Shown here: in pieces, positions 1-8,651 of the stretch
Layout of the letters: each line of letters opens with the position of its first letter
How positions within the stretch are numbered: the first letter of the stretch is position 1
Assembly: GCF_001457615.1 (NCBI RefSeq)
Contig: NZ_LN831024.1
Location: 4,230,001 to 4,262,000 of the forward strand
Direction: 5' to 3'
DNA length: 32,000 nucleotides
Origin: Pseudomonas aeruginosa
GTDB taxonomy: Bacteria; Pseudomonadota; Gammaproteobacteria; Pseudomonadales; Pseudomonadaceae
The notes under the pieces: model-generated
Databases searched by the model: none
Told to the model about the DNA's origin: nothing
The model's input: the letters and a program-made list of their open reading frames with translations, nothing else
Translations under genes and position numbers: made by a program

Positions 1-378
1 TGGGCCGAGCACGAGGCGCACCTGGAGATCAGCCCGCTGAGCCTGCGCCTGCATCCTTACGTGGATGGCACGCAGGCGCTGGAACAGGGCGATCCGCTGC
101 GCGACTACTACCTCGACCTGCGTCACCTGGGGGAGACCAGCGAGGCCGACGTCGAGCGGCTGCTGCAGAGTTTCTGGACGCGCATGCAGGGCAGCGAGGA
201 GAAGGCTGCCGCCCTCGCCCTGTTCGAGCTGGAGGGCGCGGTCGACTATCCCGCCATCAAGCTGCGCTACCGGCAACTGGTCAGCCAGCACCATCCCGAC
301 CGCGGCGGCAGCACTGCGCGCCTGCAATCGATCAACAAGGCAATGGAAATACTGCAACGCTATTACAGCCGGCCGTGA
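1..378 (+). CDS. J-domain (DnaJ-like) protein, 3' part; ORF is open to the left window edge
   Basis: Frame 1 is open from base 1 (WAEHEAHLEISPLSL...) to TGA 376-378. The C-terminal YRQLVSQHHPDRGGSTARLQSINKAMEILQ carries the HPD tripeptide typical of J domains. Confidence 0.75.
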   Translation, partial: WAEHEAHLEISPLSLRLHPYVDGTQALEQGDPLRDYYLDLRHLGETSEADVERLLQSFWTRMQGSEEKAAALALFELEGAVDYPAIKLRYRQLVSQHHPDRGGSTARLQSINKAMEILQRYYSRP

Positions 379-397
379 AGCTTCGATTTGCTCTAAA

Positions 398-414
398 CCC
401 GCGAGCGACGCGGG
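398..414 (+). terminator. Short GC hairpin downstream of the J-domain gene (CCCGCG-agcga-CGCGGG), no U tract
   Basis: 6-bp perfect stem read directly from the sequence, 20 nt after the stop codon. It lacks a T run, so its function is uncertain. Confidence 0.3.
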
Positions 415-550
415 CTCGGGCCGTTCCTATACTGCGACATAAGGTCGCATAGGTCGGCCGAGCACCGGGTGGCGCTGTCCATGCGCGCCCGGCGCTTCGC
501 TGGGGGGCGACCACATAAGAACGAGGAGGAAACGGCATGATCCATCATGT

Positions 551-1135
551 ATGGGGCTCTTCACCCATCCCGATCAGGAATGGCAGGAAATCCGTGGCGA
601 AGAAGAAAGCATCAGCCACATGTACCTGACCCACATCCTGATCCTGGCTGCCATTCCGGCGATTTCCGCCTATATCGGCACGACCCAGGTCGGCTGGGTG
701 GTCGGCGGCGGCGATCCGGTCAAGTTGACCCAGGCCAGCGCGTTGCAGATGACGGTCCTCACCTACCTGGCGATGCTCGCCGGGGTGGCGGTGATGGGCG
801 CGTTCATCCACTGGATGGCGCGGACCTACGACGCCAACCCGAGCCTGACCCAGTGCATCGTGTTCGCCGCCTACAACGCCACGCCGCTGTTCATCGCCGG
901 GCTGGCGGCGCTGTATCCGCACCTCTGGCTGGGAATGATCGTCGGGGTGGCGGCGATCAGCTACACGGTCTACCTGCTCTACGTGGGGATTCCCACCTTC
1001 ATGAACATCCACAAGGACGAAGGCTTCCTGTTCTCCAGCTCGGTGCTGGCGGTGGGCCTGGTGGTGCTGGTGGCGATGATCGCCCTGTCGGTGATCCTCT
1101 GGGGCAGCGGGGTCGGCCCGGAATACACCAGCTGA
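551..1135 (+). CDS. Yip1-domain inner-membrane protein (YohC-like); start codon uncertain, see finding
   Basis: 194-aa ORF with about 5 hydrophobic segments. MGLFTHPDQEWQEIRGEEESISHMYLTHILILAAIP...GTTQVGW...YLLYVGIPTFMNIHKDEGFLFSSS resembles the Yip1/YohC family as I remember it. No SD sequence precedes ATG 551. Confidence 0.8.
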   Translation: MGLFTHPDQEWQEIRGEEESISHMYLTHILILAAIPAISAYIGTTQVGWVVGGGDPVKLTQASALQMTVLTYLAMLAGVAVMGAFIHWMARTYDANPSLTQCIVFAAYNATPLFIAGLAALYPHLWLGMIVGVAAISYTVYLLYVGIPTFMNIHKDEGFLFSSSVLAVGLVVLVAMIALSVILWGSGVGPEYTS

Positions 1136-1158
1136 CGTCCAGCGAACGCATCGTACGA

Positions 1159-1191
1159 CCGGGCCGCGGGCAACCGCCGCCCGGTTTTTTC
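1159..1191 (+). terminator. Rho-independent terminator after the Yip1 gene
   Basis: CCGGGCCGCGG-gcaa-CCGCCGCCCGG forms an 11-bp stem with one C.C mismatch and a GCAA loop, followed by TTTTTT at 1185-1190. Confidence 0.8.
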
Positions 1192-1302
1192 TTGCCCGCC
1201 GCCGCGCTTGCCTGATCCTGCACCCCGGACGAGCGGTCGTCCCGACGCCTGCGCCCGCCCTCCTGTCTCCGGCATAATCGCCCGCTGCTGGAGTCTTCCC
1301 GA

Positions 1303-1800
1303 ATGCCCGAACACCTCAACGCCCGCGTCGAGGCCTGCTATCGGCAGGCCGAACACTTCTTCCAACGCAGCTTCCCCCGCCCGACCGTCAGCTTCCGCCT
1401 GCGCGGCCAGAAAGCCGGGGTCGCCCATCTCGACGAGAACCTGCTGCGCTTCAATCCCCAGCTGTACCGCGAGAACCGCGAGCACTTCCTGGAACAGACC
1501 GTGGCCCACGAAGTCGCGCACCTGATCGCGCACCAGTTGTTCGGCCCACGCATCCGCCCCCACGGCGAGGAGTGGCAGTTGATCATGCGCGGCATCTACG
1601 GCCTGCCGCCGGACCGCTGCCACACCTACGCGGTCAAGCGCCGCGTCACCACCCGCTACCTGTACCGCTGCCATTGCCCGGAGCACAACGACTTCCCGTT
1701 CTCCCCGCAACGCCACACCCTGGTGGCCAAGGGGCGCCGCTACTACTGCCGGCGCTGCAAGGCGACCCTGGTGTTCACCGGCGAAGTGCTCCGCGAGTGA
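1303..1800 (+). CDS. sprT: SprT-family zinc metalloprotease-like protein
   Basis: 165 aa. Contains the HEVAH (HExxH) motif plus a C-terminal Cys/His zinc-ribbon pattern (CHCPEH...YYCRRC). The N-terminal part resembles SprT. Confidence 0.85.
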   Translation: MPEHLNARVEACYRQAEHFFQRSFPRPTVSFRLRGQKAGVAHLDENLLRFNPQLYRENREHFLEQTVAHEVAHLIAHQLFGPRIRPHGEEWQLIMRGIYGLPPDRCHTYAVKRRVTTRYLYRCHCPEHNDFPFSPQRHTLVAKGRRYYCRRCKATLVFTGEVLRE

Positions 1801-1801
1801 T

Positions 1802-2983
1802 TCAGGCGATGGCCCCGGCCGCCTTCAGCTCGGCGATCCGTTCGGCGGAGTAGCCCAGGCCTTCGAGCACCGCCACGGTGTCGGCGCCGAGCGCCGCGCC
1901 GATGTGGCGAGGCGCCGGCAGGCCGGCGGAAAACTTGATCGGACAGGCCATCTGCGCCTGGCTGCCGCCGTCCGCCAGCGGCACCCGGGCGACCAGCCCG
2001 CGCGCCTGCAACTGCGGGTGTTCCAGCGCCTCGGAGAGCGGCAGCAGCGGCTCCACGCAGGCATCCAGGGCGGCGAACACCGCCTGCCATTCGGCGAAGT
2101 CGCGTTTCTCGAACTCCATCTCGATCTCGCGCTTCAGCGCCCGCTGCTCTTCCGGCTTCGGCGACAGGCCGCGGGCGGCCAGTTCCGGGCGGCCGATGGC
2201 GGCGCAGAACTGCTGCATGAACTGCGGTTCCAGGCTGCCCACCGAGAACCAGCGGCCATCGCGGGTGCGGTAGTAGTCGTAGAAGCTGCCGCCGTTCAGC
2301 GCCAGCGCCTCCATCTCCGGCTCGACCCCGGCCGCGAGATAGCCTGCACCGGCCATGCCGTTCAGGCTGAAGGCGCAGTCGGTCATGCTGATGTCGACGA
2401 ACTGCCCCTCGCCGGTCTGCTGTCGGTGGATGACCGCCGCCAGCAGGCCCATCACGCCATGCAGCGAACCACCGGCGAGGTCCGCCAGTTGCACCCCCAG
2501 CGGCAACGGGCCACGCTCGCGGCGCCCGGTGTAGCTGGCGACGCCGGCCAGCGCCAGGTAGTTGATGTCATGCCCGGCGCGCTCGCGGTACGGCCCGGTC
2601 TGGCCGTAGCCGGTGATGGCCACGTAGATCAGCCGCGGGTTCGCCGCCTTCAGCGCCTCGTAGCCGACGCCGAGCTTGTCCATCACCCCCGGACGGAACT
2701 GTTCGAGGACGATGTCGTATTCGCGTACCAGCTCCAGCACCACCTCGCGCGCGCCCTGCCGCTTCAGGTCGAGGCCGATGGAACGCTTGTTGCGGTTCAG
2801 GTAGGCATGGCTGGCCGAGGTGCCGTCGACGTGCGGCGGCAGCACCCGCACCAGGTCCATGCGCCCGGGCGACTCCACGCGCAGCACGTCCGCCCCCATG
2901 TCGGCCAGCAGCAGCGAGGCGAACGGCCCCGGCAACAGGGTCGAGAAATCCAGCACTTTCAACGATGACAACGGGCCTTTCAT
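1802..2983 (-). CDS. Family III CoA-transferase (CaiB/BaiF / alpha-methylacyl-CoA racemase-like)
   Basis: 393 aa. MKGPLSSLKVLDFSTLLPGPFASLLLADMGADVLRVE is the typical N-terminus of this family. SD GAGGAGGGA lies upstream of the ATG. Confidence 0.85.
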   Translation of the reverse strand: MKGPLSSLKVLDFSTLLPGPFASLLLADMGADVLRVESPGRMDLVRVLPPHVDGTSASHAYLNRNKRSIGLDLKRQGAREVVLELVREYDIVLEQFRPGVMDKLGVGYEALKAANPRLIYVAITGYGQTGPYRERAGHDINYLALAGVASYTGRRERGPLPLGVQLADLAGGSLHGVMGLLAAVIHRQQTGEGQFVDISMTDCAFSLNGMAGAGYLAAGVEPEMEALALNGGSFYDYYRTRDGRWFSVGSLEPQFMQQFCAAIGRPELAARGLSPKPEEQRALKREIEMEFEKRDFAEWQAVFAALDACVEPLLPLSEALEHPQLQARGLVARVPLADGGSQAQMACPIKFSAGLPAPRHIGAALGADTVAVLEGLGYSAERIAELKAAGAIA

Positions 2984-3071
2984 GCTCCCTCCTCTGGGTC
3001 GCCGGGCATTGGTCGGGATCGCCTGCCGAGCAGCCTATCCACCCGCCGCGCGGCGCGACATGGCCGTGGCG

Positions 3072-4211
3072 TCAGAGCTTCATGCCGCGGCTGATGATCT
3101 CTTTCATGATCTCCGAGGTACCGGCGAAGATCCGCTGGATGCGGGCGTTGGCGTACATCCTGCAGATCGGATACTCCCACATGTAGCCCCAGCCGCCATG
3201 CAGTTGCACGCCTTCGTCGACCACCTTGCCCAGCAGCTCGGTGGTGAACAGCTTGGCTTCGGCGGCGACCTCGGGGGACAGCTTCTTCTGGTTGTGGTCC
3301 ATCACGCAGCGGTCGGTGAAGACCTGCGCCACGTCGATCTGGGTACGCATTTCGGCGAGCTTGAAGCGGGTGTTCTGGAAGTGCGCGACCGGCCGGCCGA
3401 AGGCCTGGCGCTCCTTCACGTAGTCGATGGTCGCCTGCAACGCCGCCTCGGCCCCGGCCACCGCGCCGCAGGCGTTGGTCAGGCGCTCCTGGGCGAGCAT
3501 GTTCATCAGGTAGAAGAAGCCGCCCTTGGCGTCGCCCAGCAGGTTTTCCTTCGGCACCCGCACATTGTTGAAGAACAGCTCGGCGGTGTCCTGGCTCTTC
3601 ATGCCGAGCTTCTTCAGGTTGCGCCCGCGCTCGAAGCCTTGCATGCCGCGCTCCACCAGGAACAGGCCCATGGCGTGCTTGTTCGCCGGATCGGTCTTCG
3701 CCGCGACGATCACCAGGTCGGCCAGCAGGCCGTTGGAGATGAACACCTTGGAGCCGTTGAGCAGCCAGTGGTCGCCCTTGTCCACCGCGGTGCTGCGCAT
3801 GCCGGCCAGGTCGGAGCCGGCGGACGGCTCGGTCATGGCCACGGCGAGGATGGTCTCGCCACGGACGATCCCCGGCAACAGGCGGGCCTTCTGCTCGGCG
3901 CTACCGTATTCGGCGATGTACGGCCCGCACAACGCCGAGTGCAGCGGGATCATGAAGCCCGGCTCGTTGATCCGCGCCAGCTCCTCGCACATGATCTGCT
4001 CGTAGCGGAAGTCCTTGAGCCCGGCGCCACCGTACTCCTCGTCCGCCCAGGGCAGCAGGAAGCCCATCTCCCCCGCCTTCCTCCAGACAGCGCGGTCGAC
4101 CACCCCGGCCTCTTCCCAGGCGTCCTGGTGCGGCACCACCTCTTTGTCGAGAAAGGCGCGGAAGGCATCGCGGAACAGGTTGTGTTCGGTCTCGAAGATC
4201 TGCCGTTGCAT
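3072..4211 (-). CDS. Acyl-CoA dehydrogenase
   Basis: The start was chosen at ATG 4211 (MQRQIFETEHNLFRDAF...), preceded by GGGAG, giving 379 aa. ACAD hallmarks are present (MTEPSAGSD, GGWGY, IFAGTSEIM). The longer 861-aa ORF in the track is a shadow extension. Confidence 0.9.
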   Translation of the reverse strand: MQRQIFETEHNLFRDAFRAFLDKEVVPHQDAWEEAGVVDRAVWRKAGEMGFLLPWADEEYGGAGLKDFRYEQIMCEELARINEPGFMIPLHSALCGPYIAEYGSAEQKARLLPGIVRGETILAVAMTEPSAGSDLAGMRSTAVDKGDHWLLNGSKVFISNGLLADLVIVAAKTDPANKHAMGLFLVERGMQGFERGRNLKKLGMKSQDTAELFFNNVRVPKENLLGDAKGGFFYLMNMLAQERLTNACGAVAGAEAALQATIDYVKERQAFGRPVAHFQNTRFKLAEMRTQIDVAQVFTDRCVMDHNQKKLSPEVAAEAKLFTTELLGKVVDEGVQLHGGWGYMWEYPICRMYANARIQRIFAGTSEIMKEIISRGMKL

Positions 4212-4312
4212 GTACGGGGACTCCCTGCGGTCAGTGGTTCCGCAGGGTAGGCGGCGCCGGCCGGCGCCCTCAATGACGCGAGCGCTCAGGCTCGGTTGAC
4301 CGAATCGGTCAG

Positions 4313-5332
4313 CTACCAGTCCATGCTCGCCGGCTGCACGCCCGGGTGGGACGGGAACAACGGCAGCACCTCCTCGGCCAGTTCCTGGATGACTTCCGCT
4401 GCCGGCCTGGCGGCGAACTGGATGCCCAGGGCGGCATGGTTGACGCCCGCCGCGCGCCATTCGCCGAGCAGCTCGATCAGGCCGTTGCGCCCAGTGCGCA
4501 GGACGTAGCCGCCGTGCAACGGCGTACGCGGATACGCCGGGTCGTCCACCAGGTCCAGCCATTCGTTGGTCATGTGCGGGCGGAACCCGCCGTCCGCGAT
4601 GGACATCCTCCAGGCGCGGATCTTCCGGGCCAGGCGACGTGGTCCGGACGCATCGACAGTCGACTCCGGATAGGTCAGCCAGCCATCCGCCTGGCGTGCC
4701 AGCCAGTCCGCCGGCTGCCGCGCGGAGCCGGTGACGACCAGCGGGATGGCGCCGGCCGGCGGACGCGGCAACAGTTCGGCGTCGTCCAGCGTACCGAGCG
4801 GCGAGGCGACGTGCCGGCAGCCGTGCAGCAGTTGGCGCAGGTAGTCCAGGCCCTGGGCGAACCGCTCGCCGCGCTGCGCATGCTCCAACCCGTAGGCGGG
4901 GAACTCCACCGGCCGGTCGCCGGAGGCGAGGCCCAGCACCAGGCGTCCGCCGGACAACCGGTCGACGCTCGCCGCGGCCTTGGCCAGGTCGACCGGTTGG
5001 CGCAGGGCAAGCACCGCGCTGCCGGTGGCCAGGGCGATACGGCGGGTCCGCGCGGCCAGATAGCCAAGGTAGGTGAACGGGTCGAACACTTGTCCGGCAT
5101 CGCCGAAGCGTGGGTCGAACAGCGGTACGTCGCGTACCCAGACGGCGGCGAATCCCAGTCGATCGATTTCTTCGACCAGCCGCGCCTGGCCCAGCAGCAC
5201 CCGCATGTCGCCCTGGTAGAAACGCAACGGCAGGAACAGGCCCAGGGTCAGCGCGTCTGCGGCGAACATGCGCCGATAGCCAGGGTGCCCGACGAAGGCC
5301 GGCGCCGAGGCGCCTTGCAGCAGGGCGCTCAT
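4313..5332 (-). CDS. Luciferase-like (LLM class) flavin-dependent monooxygenase/oxidoreductase
   Basis: 339 aa. FAAVWVRDVPLFDPRFGDAGQVFDPFTYLGYLAARTRRIALATGSAVLALRQPVDLAKAAASVDRLSGGRLVLGLASGDRPVEF is typical of LLM-family TIM barrels. Its start overlaps the GST stop in an ATGA. Confidence 0.8.
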   Translation of the reverse strand: MSALLQGASAPAFVGHPGYRRMFAADALTLGLFLPLRFYQGDMRVLLGQARLVEEIDRLGFAAVWVRDVPLFDPRFGDAGQVFDPFTYLGYLAARTRRIALATGSAVLALRQPVDLAKAAASVDRLSGGRLVLGLASGDRPVEFPAYGLEHAQRGERFAQGLDYLRQLLHGCRHVASPLGTLDDAELLPRPPAGAIPLVVTGSARQPADWLARQADGWLTYPESTVDASGPRRLARKIRAWRMSIADGGFRPHMTNEWLDLVDDPAYPRTPLHGGYVLRTGRNGLIELLGEWRAAGVNHAALGIQFAARPAAEVIQELAEEVLPLFPSHPGVQPASMDW

Positions 5333-5958
5333 GGACCCACCGCCGGTTCCGGCAGGAGGATCCCGCGCTGCACCGCAGGCCGCAGGGCCATGCGCCGGTG
5401 CCAGTCGTCCAGGTGGCGATAATGGCTGAAGTCGAAGTCGACGATCCGCGCCGTATGGGTCCAGCCGAAGGTGGCGATATCGGCGATGGAGTATTGCTCA
5501 CCGGCCAGCCAGGACCGTCCGGCCAGGCGCTGGTCGAGGGTGGCGAAAACCTCCTCGGAGAGCCGCCGATAGCGTTCGATGGCCGGCGGGTACCGCTCTT
5601 CGGCGAAGATCTCGAAATGCACGCGCTGGCCGAGGATGGGCCCCATGCTGGAAGCATGGAAAGTCAGCCAGGTCAGGGCCTCCCAGCGTTCCCGGGGGGC
5701 GTCGGGAAGCAACCGCCCGCTGGTCTCCGCCAGGTACTGCAGGATCGCCGCCGACTCGAACAGGGTGATGCCGGCGGCCCGGTCTACCAGCACCGGTATC
5801 CGGCCATGTGGATTCAGGCGCAGGAATTCCGGGCGGCGTTGCTCGCCATGGTCGATGCGAACGTGGTGCAGTGCGTAGGGCAGCCCCAGTTCCTCGAGGG
5901 CGATGGTGATCTTGAATCCGTTGGGTGAACTGTCGCTGTAGAGCTGGAGGGAAGGCAT
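5329..5958 (-). CDS. Glutathione S-transferase (Nu/YfcG-like)
   Basis: 209 aa. N-terminal thioredoxin-like GST fold (LYSDSSPNGFKITIALEELGLPY...LNPHGRIPVLVD). An AAGGA SD sits 8 nt upstream. The ATGA overlap with the downstream LLM gene suggests translational coupling. Confidence 0.85.
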   Translation of the reverse strand: MPSLQLYSDSSPNGFKITIALEELGLPYALHHVRIDHGEQRRPEFLRLNPHGRIPVLVDRAAGITLFESAAILQYLAETSGRLLPDAPRERWEALTWLTFHASSMGPILGQRVHFEIFAEERYPPAIERYRRLSEEVFATLDQRLAGRSWLAGEQYSIADIATFGWTHTARIVDFDFSHYRHLDDWHRRMALRPAVQRGILLPEPAVGP

Positions 5959-6126
5959 GGCAAGTATCCTTGCAGCGCTGGACTATCCGGCGCCTGGGCG
6001 ATGGGGGCGGCGCCGACCGGGGAAACCGCCTCGGCCGCTTCCCGCACACCGAAGAAAGCAGCTAGGCTAAAGTCTCTCGTTTCGCCACACATGCTGAAGC
6101 CCGGGTCGGCGGATGAAAAACGATCC

Positions 6127-6149
6127 TTTCTACAACCTGTTTATAGAAA
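6127..6149. promoter_or_regulatory. Interrupted dyad TTTCTA-N11-TAGAAA (LysR T-N11-A type) in the GST/LysR divergent region
   Basis: Perfect 6-bp arms with an 11-nt spacer, in an AT-rich patch 11 nt upstream of the LysR start codon. Assignment as a LysR box is inference only. Confidence 0.3.
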
Positions 6150-6159
6150 AACTGAATTC

Positions 6160-7050
6160 ATGGGTGCCGTCCTCCCGCTCCTCGCGCTACGCGCTTTCGT
6201 CGAAACCGCCCGCCATGGCAATCTCACCCGCGCGGCCGCGGCCATGGGCGTCACTCCCGGCGCGGTAAGCCAGCAGCTCAGGGCTCTGCAGGCGCGCACC
6301 GGCGTCGTCCTGTTCCAGCGCTTCAGCCATGGCATGCGCCTGACGCCGGAGGGCGAGCAGGTCTATCCCGGCCTCCGCCAGGCCTTCGAGCAGATCACCG
6401 CGAGCCTTGCCCAGCTGGAGGCGATCAATGCCCGCCAGACCCTCACGGTCAGCACCGAGCCCTCCTTCGCCGCCACCTGGCTGGTGCCGCGCCTCGGTCA
6501 ATTCAGCGCGTCGCACCCGCAGGTGGAAGTCCGCGTGGAGGCTACGGCACTGCTCGCCGACCTGCGCCGGGAACGAATCGACGTCGCCATCCGCCACGGG
6601 CTCGGCGACTACCCCGGACTCGACGTGCAGGCGCTGATGGCCCCGCCGCTGATCCCGGTGGCCAGCCCGCGCCTGCTGGCGGAAGGCCCTGAGATCCGCG
6701 AAGCGATCGATTGCCTGGCCTACCCGCTGTTGCAGGAGTCGGAGCGCAATGACTGGCGCCTGTGGCTGCGGGCGATGGGGGTGGAGGACGACCCGCGCAG
6801 CGAGAGAGGTCCGGCTTTCGCCGACGACCTGCTGCTGGTTCGCGCCGCCGAGGCCGGCCAGGGTATCGCGCTGGTACGGGAGATCCATGCCCGCGCCGAG
6901 ATCGCCAGCGGCCGCCTGGCGGTCGCCCTCGAGCGGCCCTGGCCGAGCCGCTTCGCCTATTACGCGGTGAGCCTGCCAGGAGCGGCGCAACGAGCGCCCC
7001 TCTCGCTGTTCCTCGCCTGGCTGCGCGAGCAGGCCGCCGCCGAGGCATAA
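6160..7050 (+). CDS. LysR-family transcriptional regulator (GcvA-like), divergent from the GST-LLM-ACAD-CoA-transferase cluster
   Basis: The start was set at ATG 6160 so the HTH begins near the N-terminus (MGAVLPLLALRAFVETARHGNLTRAAAAMGVTPGAVSQQLRALQ), giving 296 aa. The upstream part of the 349-aa ORF looks non-coding. Confidence 0.85.
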   Translation: MGAVLPLLALRAFVETARHGNLTRAAAAMGVTPGAVSQQLRALQARTGVVLFQRFSHGMRLTPEGEQVYPGLRQAFEQITASLAQLEAINARQTLTVSTEPSFAATWLVPRLGQFSASHPQVEVRVEATALLADLRRERIDVAIRHGLGDYPGLDVQALMAPPLIPVASPRLLAEGPEIREAIDCLAYPLLQESERNDWRLWLRAMGVEDDPRSERGPAFADDLLLVRAAEAGQGIALVREIHARAEIASGRLAVALERPWPSRFAYYAVSLPGAAQRAPLSLFLAWLREQAAAEA

Positions 7051-7076
7051 AAAAACCCGCCACGAGGGCGGGTTCG
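7051..7076. terminator. Bidirectional intrinsic terminator between the LysR gene (+) and dctA (-)
   Basis: AAAAACCCGCC-acgag-GGCGGGTT has a 7-8 bp GC stem, with an A run on one side and TT on the other. It lies between convergent stop codons. Confidence 0.7.
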
Positions 7077-7124
7077 AAGGGCGGCAGGGAGCTCTTCACT
7101 TCCCCCTGCCGAACAGGTTTGAGC

Positions 7125-8435
7125 TTAGACCGCTTCGCGGCCGCCCACCGGAATATCGCTGGCAGGCGACGAAGCGTTGCCCTCGCCGGCCAGTTCGCGC
7201 TGCAAGGTGCCCTCGTCGAGCTGCTTGCACCACTTGGAAACCACTACCGTGGCCACGCCGTTGCCGACCAGGTTGGTCAGCGCGCGGGCTTCGGACATGA
7301 AGCGGTCGATGCCGAGGATCAGCGCCAGGCCGGCGACCGGCAGGTGGCCGACGGCGGAAAGGGTCGCGGCGAGCACGATGAAGCCGCTGCCGGTGACGCC
7401 GGCGGCGCCCTTGGAAGCGATCAGCAGCACCAGCAGCAGGGTGATCTGGTGGGTGATGTCCATCGGCGTATCGGTGGCCTGGGCGATGAACACCGCGGCC
7501 ATGGTCAGGTAGATCGAGGTGCCGTCGAGGTTGAAGGAGTAACCGGTGGGAATCACCAGGCCGACCACCGACTTGTTGCAGCCGAGCTTCTCCATCTTGT
7601 CGATCATCCGCGGCAGAGCCGACTCGGAAGACGAGGTGCCCAGCACGATCAGCAGTTCCTCGCGGATGTACCTGATGAAGCGCAGGATGCTGAAGCCGTG
7701 GGCGCGGGCGATGCCGCCGAGGACGATGAGCACGAACAGGATGCAGGTGATGTAGAAGCACAGCATCAGCTGGCCGAGCTGCACCAGCGAACCCACGCCG
7801 TAGGCGCCGATGGTGAAGGCCATGGCGCCGAACGCGCCGATCGGGGCGACCTTCATGATCACGTTGATGATGTTGAACATCACGTGGGAGACGCGCTCGA
7901 TGAACTCGAACACCGGCTTGCCGTAGCTGCCCAGGCGATGCAGGGCATAGCCGAAGAGCACGGAGAAGAACAGGACCTGGAGGATGTCGCCGTTGGCGAA
8001 CGCGCCGACCACGGTGCCGGGGATCACGTTCATCAGGAAGTCGACGGTGCTCTGCTTCTCGCCGGCAGCGGCGTAGGCAGCGATCTTGCTGGTGTCGAGG
8101 GTGTTCGGGTCGACGTGCATGCCGGCGCCCGGCTGGACCACGTTGACCACTACCAGGCCGATGATCAGGGCCACGGTGGAGACGACCTCGAAGTACAGCA
8201 GCGCCATGCCGCCGGTCTTGCCGACCGACTTCATGCTCTGCATGCCGGCGATGCCGGTGACCACGGTGCAGAAGATGATCGGCGCGATGGCCATCTTGAT
8301 CAGTTTGACGAAGCCGTCGCCGAACGGCTTCATCGCCACCGCCGTTTCCGGGTACCAGTGGCCGAGCGCGATACCGATGGCGATGGCGACCAGAACCTGC
8401 ACGTACAGGCTCTTGTAGAAGGGTTGTTTGGTCAT
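7125..8435 (-). CDS. dctA: C4-dicarboxylate transport protein DctA (DAACS family Na+/H+:dicarboxylate symporter)
   Basis: [30 protein letters not shown]...[10 protein letters not shown]...SSSESALP is a strong DctA signature. The start at 8435 gives 436 aa and sits 8 nt after the GAGGA SD. Confidence 0.93.
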   Translation of the reverse strand: MTKQPFYKSLYVQVLVAIAIGIALGHWYPETAVAMKPFGDGFVKLIKMAIAPIIFCTVVTGIAGMQSMKSVGKTGGMALLYFEVVSTVALIIGLVVVNVVQPGAGMHVDPNTLDTSKIAAYAAAGEKQSTVDFLMNVIPGTVVGAFANGDILQVLFFSVLFGYALHRLGSYGKPVFEFIERVSHVMFNIINVIMKVAPIGAFGAMAFTIGAYGVGSLVQLGQLMLCFYITCILFVLIVLGGIARAHGFSILRFIRYIREELLIVLGTSSSESALPRMIDKMEKLGCNKSVVGLVIPTGYSFNLDGTSIYLTMAAVFIAQATDTPMDITHQITLLLVLLIASKGAAGVTGSGFIVLAATLSAVGHLPVAGLALILGIDRFMSEARALTNLVGNGVATVVVSKWCKQLDEGTLQRELAGEGNASSPASDIPVGGREAV

Positions 8436-8556
8436 GGGCAGAGTCCTCACGGGGGCGCTTCGCCAGTTCCCTGGAACGCGCTCACCGGTAGCGTTACCCC
8501 CCTTGCTGGGGAGATTTTTTGTCGTGAACCGCCGCGGCGGAACCTTGCCCAGGCAT

Positions 8557-8572
8557 TGCAGAGGCTGTGCCA
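8557..8572 (-). promoter_or_regulatory. Sigma-54 (RpoN) -24/-12 promoter of dctA
   Basis: The minus strand reads TGGCACagcctCTGCA, with GG and GC at the canonical 10-nt offset of TGGCAC-N5-TTGCW. It lies about 120 nt upstream of the dctA ATG. dctA is known to depend on RpoN and DctB/DctD in P. aeruginosa. Confidence 0.75.
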
Positions 8573-8603
8573 GGATGCTCTTTCTCTAAATAAAATCCTT
8601 ATA

Positions 8604-8616
8604 TATCAACAAGTTA
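8604..8616 (+). promoter_or_regulatory. IHF-like site TATCAAcaagTTA (WATCAA-N4-TTR)
   Basis: Exact match to the core IHF consensus, inside a very AT-rich tract (8581-8640 is 12/60 G+C by my count) just upstream of the sigma-54 promoter. Confidence 0.45.
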
Positions 8617-8651
8617 AATAATAAATGAAAATTGCATAGCGGGCTAAGCGT

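Noticed and set aside
3072-5657. 861-aa ORF on the minus strand, suggesting a very large acyl-CoA dehydrogenase fusion
   Set aside because: Only the C-terminal 379 aa (from ATG 4211, which has an SD) look like a protein. The N-terminal 480 aa are Arg/Pro/Gly-rich low-complexity sequence, overlapping the well-supported LLM and GST genes in another frame.
6762-8621. 619-aa plus-strand ORF spanning the LysR 3' end, the terminator and all of dctA
   Set aside because: It crosses an obvious intrinsic terminator and is antisense to dctA. The sequence is low-complexity.
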